Assembly (NCBI RefSeq): GCF_037042905.1
Contig: NC_087245.1
Location: forward strand, 30,938,001 to 31,002,000
Direction of reading: 5' to 3'
Source: Lytechinus pictus
Taxonomy: Eukaryota
Length of the DNA: 64,000 nt
How positions within the stretch are numbered: the first letter of the stretch is position 1; every line of letters begins with the position of its first letter. The notes under the pieces are model-generated. The model searched no databases. It was not told where the DNA came from and saw nothing but the letters and a program-made list of their open reading frames with translations. Positions 59,569-64,000 of this stretch are shown in pieces. A program made the position numbers and the translations under genes.

Positions 59569-60173
59569 GAACAGTGACAGTGTTTTTGTTTAGCCATCAT
59601 CGCGTGTATAAATAATAAAAATATTTTACGAAGGCGGTTCATTTTCTAAAGTGAACAGTGATTGATGTTTTCATAATTTGTTTATCATTGATTAAGATGA
59701 GGCAGAAACCTCTTTTTTGTGAAATGAAAGTGCAATTGCTTCTGCCTTGCACATTCAAAATAAATTGTGGGCATATAGGGGCAGACTCATCATAATGACG
59801 AAACGACCAGCTATCCGAATAATAATATGCAGCTCTTTTATAGCGCATAACACATAGGTAAGCATGTCCCTATGCATTTGGATGAAATTAAGGAAAGAAA
59901 CTAGAAAGTAAGTAAAGAGTGTTAGGCACTGAATTCATTACAAGTTAAACACTTTTTCAGGGAAGTCTTTAATAATCAAGTGAACAGTGTCAAAGTTTTG
60001 TTTTAGCCAGCCTCGCGTGTATAAATAATATAAACATTTGACGTAGGCGGTTCATAAAGTAAACAGTGATCGACGATTCCATAATTTGTTATTTCATAAA
60101 GATTAGATTGAAACCTCTTTTGTGGTAGAATGAAAGTGCATTTGCTTTTACCTTCTACATTCAAAATACATTG
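59569..60173. repeat. Diverged ~200-bp direct repeat (59569-59767 and 59982-60173) upstream of the GPCR
   Basis: Shared blocks GAACAGTG, TCGCGTGTATAAATAATA, AGGCGGTTCAT, GAAACCTCTTT, AATGAAAGTGCA and ACATTCAAAATA. Confidence 0.8.
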
Positions 60174-60538
60174 GTGTTATATTGTCGACATGATTGACTG
60201 TAGCGGCGGACCCATCAGCCTAGTTTGACATCAATGAGTCATGACCCAGGATTCAATCAAAAACTAGACCAAGGTCTCTATTAAAAGTAAGGTGCGGTCC
60301 TAATCAGAAAAATGCGTGTGTTTCATCATTGAAATGTCTCTAGAAAAATGTCACGTCCAAAGAAATTTTTGTCTCGTGCTCACTCTAATAAAGTACAACC
60401 TGGAACGAAAAGAATCAACTGGCAGCAACCCAATTTCCCGTGCACGTTTTATGAGCAATTTGCAGAATTTAAATGCGAATGTTGGATAGGATTTTGAACG
60501 GCATTCGCATCAGGCGCATCTCTCCCCCTCTATTTCCT

Positions 60539-60573
<35 letters not shown>

Positions 60574-60898
60574 CTTTCTTTCTATCTCTCTATTTTAGAC
60601 AATCTTCATCTAAAATGCTTTTTAGAGTGGACATAACTTATTAGTCTGCATTTACACGATATTTCGGGAACTTATAGCTCATTTTCTCGATCATTGTTAG
60701 ACCGTTTCGGTCACAACTCTGTTGACATGGTTGATGCATCCATTCACATATTAAACAGGTATGATTTGAATGAAAGAAAGGAAACTTATTTCATACCTCA
60801 CCATGGAGTGCGATTGCTTTTTATCGGAAGATTCTAGACTTGAGATTAAAATGAACAATTATTAGAGAACATTGATATCGAATATACGGCTTCTGTCG

Positions 60899-63800
60899 TC
60901 ACCACCACCAAACCATAATCCCGACTGCCACCCCACAGACGACGATAGCATTGACCAAGGTAAACTGTTGCCATGTCGGGTTCTCATCAATGCTCTTTAT
61001 CATGCTAGCCTCCCCAGGAACGTCTTGATCATCGTCGGGGTTGAATCCAAGAAACCAAAATAGATATGTTTTCCATCTTGGGGTATCTATATCAGATGGA
61101 ATCAGATGCAAAAAAAATTATTATGTTTTAAAGATTTAAGTGTTAGATTATCTTGGTATAAAGAAATAACCAAAATCGAGTATCGGTCAAAATACTTTAT
61201 TCGGTGTTGAGGTTGATTAACTTGTGATTAAGAATTTATTTGTTAGAATTATAGAATGAACTTCATTTGCTACCTGTTTCTGATAGAGTACATTATCGAA
61301 TATTTGTTCAAACCTTTTAATCTCTATCAACTACACTTCCTTCTTACATTCCTTCCTTATTTCAGCAAGATAGAGCTACATACTTTCTTCGTTCTGCAGC
61401 TGCTAATTCCTGCGTCATTCCAAAACCCAGAAAACGGGCCGGCTCCCACTCTTTTCAATATCTTGCCCCCCGTCTTTGGAACACCCCCCCCCCCCCATCT
61501 CTCCGAAACCTCTCTTCTCTTGACCTCTTCAAAAAAACATCTCAAAACACACTTATTATAAACATAAACGTTAACTTGTCTTATGCCATCAACAGCGCTT
61601 TGTATCCTCTGGGAAAAAGCGCTATATAAATCCAATTATCATTATCATTAATAGGTTCAAACAGCAACGCATCATGGACGTCAAAGCAGAGGATTATATC
61701 TTGTACTATTTGTGGGACGCAACAAAAGATCCCCCCCTTTCCCATGAACAAAGGACAATCCTCTGCGCCGACGTCCACGGAACACATGTAGAAGATACGA
61801 TTTTGACTTACATCGCTATGAGCTGTCAAACTGACAGGACAAAATTTCCCCAAAAAACTCCATAGCAGCTAGTCAATGTTATTTTTCTGATGTTATGACA
61901 TGTAAGAATTATAATACTTGCCCCTTTTCTCCTTTTGCTTTTGACTTGAAAGTTCAACAGTTTGGGAACTATCTGTAGAAACATCAGTTGGCATTTTTTC
62001 TTGCATTACGAGTCTTTTCCGGACGTCCTTCACGGTTTTATTACTCCCTGCGTGAATGGTTGTAGTGTCGTTGTGATTTTGCTCTTCTTCTGGTGATTTC
62101 ATTCCACGGGTCCAGAAAGTCTTGCCAAGTATCTGGTGAATAAAAATGATATCACTGCAATGCTATTCGCAAGCACGATGCAGAGAGCATAATGGTAGGG
62201 TAGGGTAGGGTATGGACCTGAACGATTGAATACGGAATGAATGTTTGTAAATGCCTGAAATTTAACTGGATCGGACGTTTTTCGTCTAAACCTGGTGGGT
62301 AATTCAAAAAGCTGTTCGTAAAGTTACGCACGACTTGAACTTGTTCTTAGGTCATAAAAAAATTATAATTATAGGGATATCACGTTGCACAAGAAAGGAT
62401 CACCAGTCGTGCGTTAAGTCATTCGTATAAACACCCACCTGGACGCTTCATCTTAGCCGATAAGCCGTTCTTGGAATTGATTTTTGGGGTACAGACCGGC
62501 GTTTCATTCAACCGACATTAGTTGTCTGAAACCATAGGGTTAAAACAAATCAGTCAAAATTACTACTTAATCGGGTCAGCTGGGTGCAAATGTCTAGTCA
62601 TAATTGATTATGTTCTTGTCGTATTTTACTAGAACAGAGTTATTTCTGACTAGAATGTACGTCAGAAGTGTGATCAGACATATCAGTTGCACCCAGCTGA
62701 CCCGATCAACTAGTCATTCTTACTGATTTGTTTAAGAGAGCGAGTTGTCAAATCTGACCACTTTCCTTGATATTGATTGGCTGAGAAGCACTATCAAGTA
62801 CTGTGGTATCTGTCAGATAAAACTTTCTTGATAGGCCTATTGGATAAAACGTCTGGCAAGCCATTTCATGAAAGACTTCACTGACACCGAAACTTCGGCC
62901 TGATTTACGTTTGGGAGTTGAGTATTTAAGCGTACTTTGAAAATCACATATGAGATCATTTCAAAGTAATTACTTCTTTTCAAATCAAAGCTGGTCTTAA
63001 AAAATATACATTTGGGGATTAGTTTATGATTTCATTTGTACATAGTAAATGTATGCCTTGAGAGAAAAGGGACTTGTTTTGTTACTTGGCGACATAATTA
63101 TTGCGGTATGAATGTGTTGAATAGTGAATTGGTGTGTTATCATCCAGTTGGGTCTGCATTACAAGACTACGATGCTCACAATGTTGCACTATGGGTCAGG
63201 AACCTGGCCAGATGTGAGTAGTTGATGGCGTAACGTGGAGCTATCAACTTGATCAAGACTGCTGGCTCGTATGCCGTTTACCGGAACTGCAGTTGCATCT
63301 TTTCTATTCTTGCCGGATTTTCCCAACATTTTTCTGTGTTTCTTGTCTTAACACTGTACAAAAAAAATTGGGTAAAAATTTTACCACCACGAGGGTAATT
63401 ATGCGTCCAACCAATTTTGGGCAGTATTTTACCTAATGCGGGAAGCATATTCTCAAGTAAGGTTAAAAAAATAGGCAGCAATTACTTTAGAATAGGCAAA
63501 TTTTCATCAGTCACACTGGATAAATAAAATGCCCAAAAGAAATGCCCAATGTTGGATGGACACACAATTACCCTCATGGAGCACTTTTACCCAATATTTT
63601 TTTTGAGTGAATGTGCTGTCGGTCATCCAGCGTAAACATGTTAACCTCCAAACTTTGCGTCCACTGGTTGCATGAGCAGTTACATTACCTGATTGAGTGT
63701 GGGCTTAGAGGTGAACAGGCTGATGGTCCAAGTCACAACCAGGCACACCAGGGTCACGATGCAATTGTAGTAGAGGAAGTGGACATTCTTGACAACCGAA

Positions 63801-63904
63801 GGTCGGACATCCTGCGATCCACAGGCTGGGGCAGGATAGACAATGTCAAGGATCATCCGTATCACACCAAGAACCACCCCGACGGAGAAACCCCAAAAGG
63901 CTCC
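60899..63904 (-). CDS. SLC5 sodium/glucose (or myo-inositol) cotransporter, last three exons: 63904-63689, 62132-61922, 61086-60899; gene continues past the right edge
   Basis: GAFWG..G..LG.IRMILD.VYPAPACGSQDVRP.VVKNVHFLYY..ISLFT, then TFWTR, then SIDENPTW..NAIV followed by a terminal TM helix; typical SGLT-subfamily C-terminus. Confidence 0.92.
61300..61650 (+). mobile_element. L2-type LINE 3' fragment, antisense in the last SLC5 intron
   Basis: Degenerate LRS...IPKPR...LWNT..PHLRNLSSLDLFKKHLKTHL followed by AGCGCTTTG...AAAGCGCTATATAAAT and an ATT-rich tail. Confidence 0.7.
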
Positions 63905-64000
63905 CTGATGACAGGAAGGAGAAAGAGAAAGTTGTAAAAACCATCGTTACTCTTTTAGAGTTTGAAATTGTAATTCCTTCCAAACTGAAAATCTTCTGCG

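Noticed and set aside
62194-62216. (GGGTA)n as a telomere seed or G-quadruplex
   Set aside because: Only three full GGG units; an ordinary short tandem repeat.
1-64000. CRISPR arrays, rRNA genes or prokaryotic operons
   Set aside because: No regularly spaced repeat-spacer array or rRNA-like sequence was seen; the DNA is clearly eukaryotic with spliceosomal introns.

Overview
AT-rich animal genomic DNA with spliceosomal introns and one 214-nt N gap. The repeat landscape and expanded intronless GPCRs suggest a deuterostome invertebrate such as a sea urchin (inference only). Host genes, left to right: the 5' three coding exons of an SLC17/sialin-like transporter (-); a two-exon, kinase-domain-only STKLD1-like pseudokinase (-) head-to-head with a complete 9-exon adenosine deaminase (+); an intronless NHL-repeat protein (-); two intronless rhodopsin-class GPCR paralogs plus a C-terminal remnant of a third (-); and the last three exons of an SLC5 sodium/solute symporter (-) with a GC-AG intron. 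Two very young Ty3/Gypsy LTR retrotransposons flank the NHL gene. Element A (27112-34863, -) has a single gag-pol ORF and a tRNA-Ser PBS. Its LTR carries an ATG mini-exon and splice donor that joins in frame to gag across an intron that would remove the PBS. Element B (40205-45699, +) is CsRn1-type, with a tRNA-Trp PBS and CHCC knuckle, an intact pol and a clear -1 frameshift pseudoknot, but a 100-aa gag lacking the capsid region. The rest is tRNA-derived SINEs, LINE remnants and many non-autonomous DNA transposons (hAT-, Tc1-, Kolobok-, Harbinger- and CACT-type ends). All calls were made by eye; no database searches were run.
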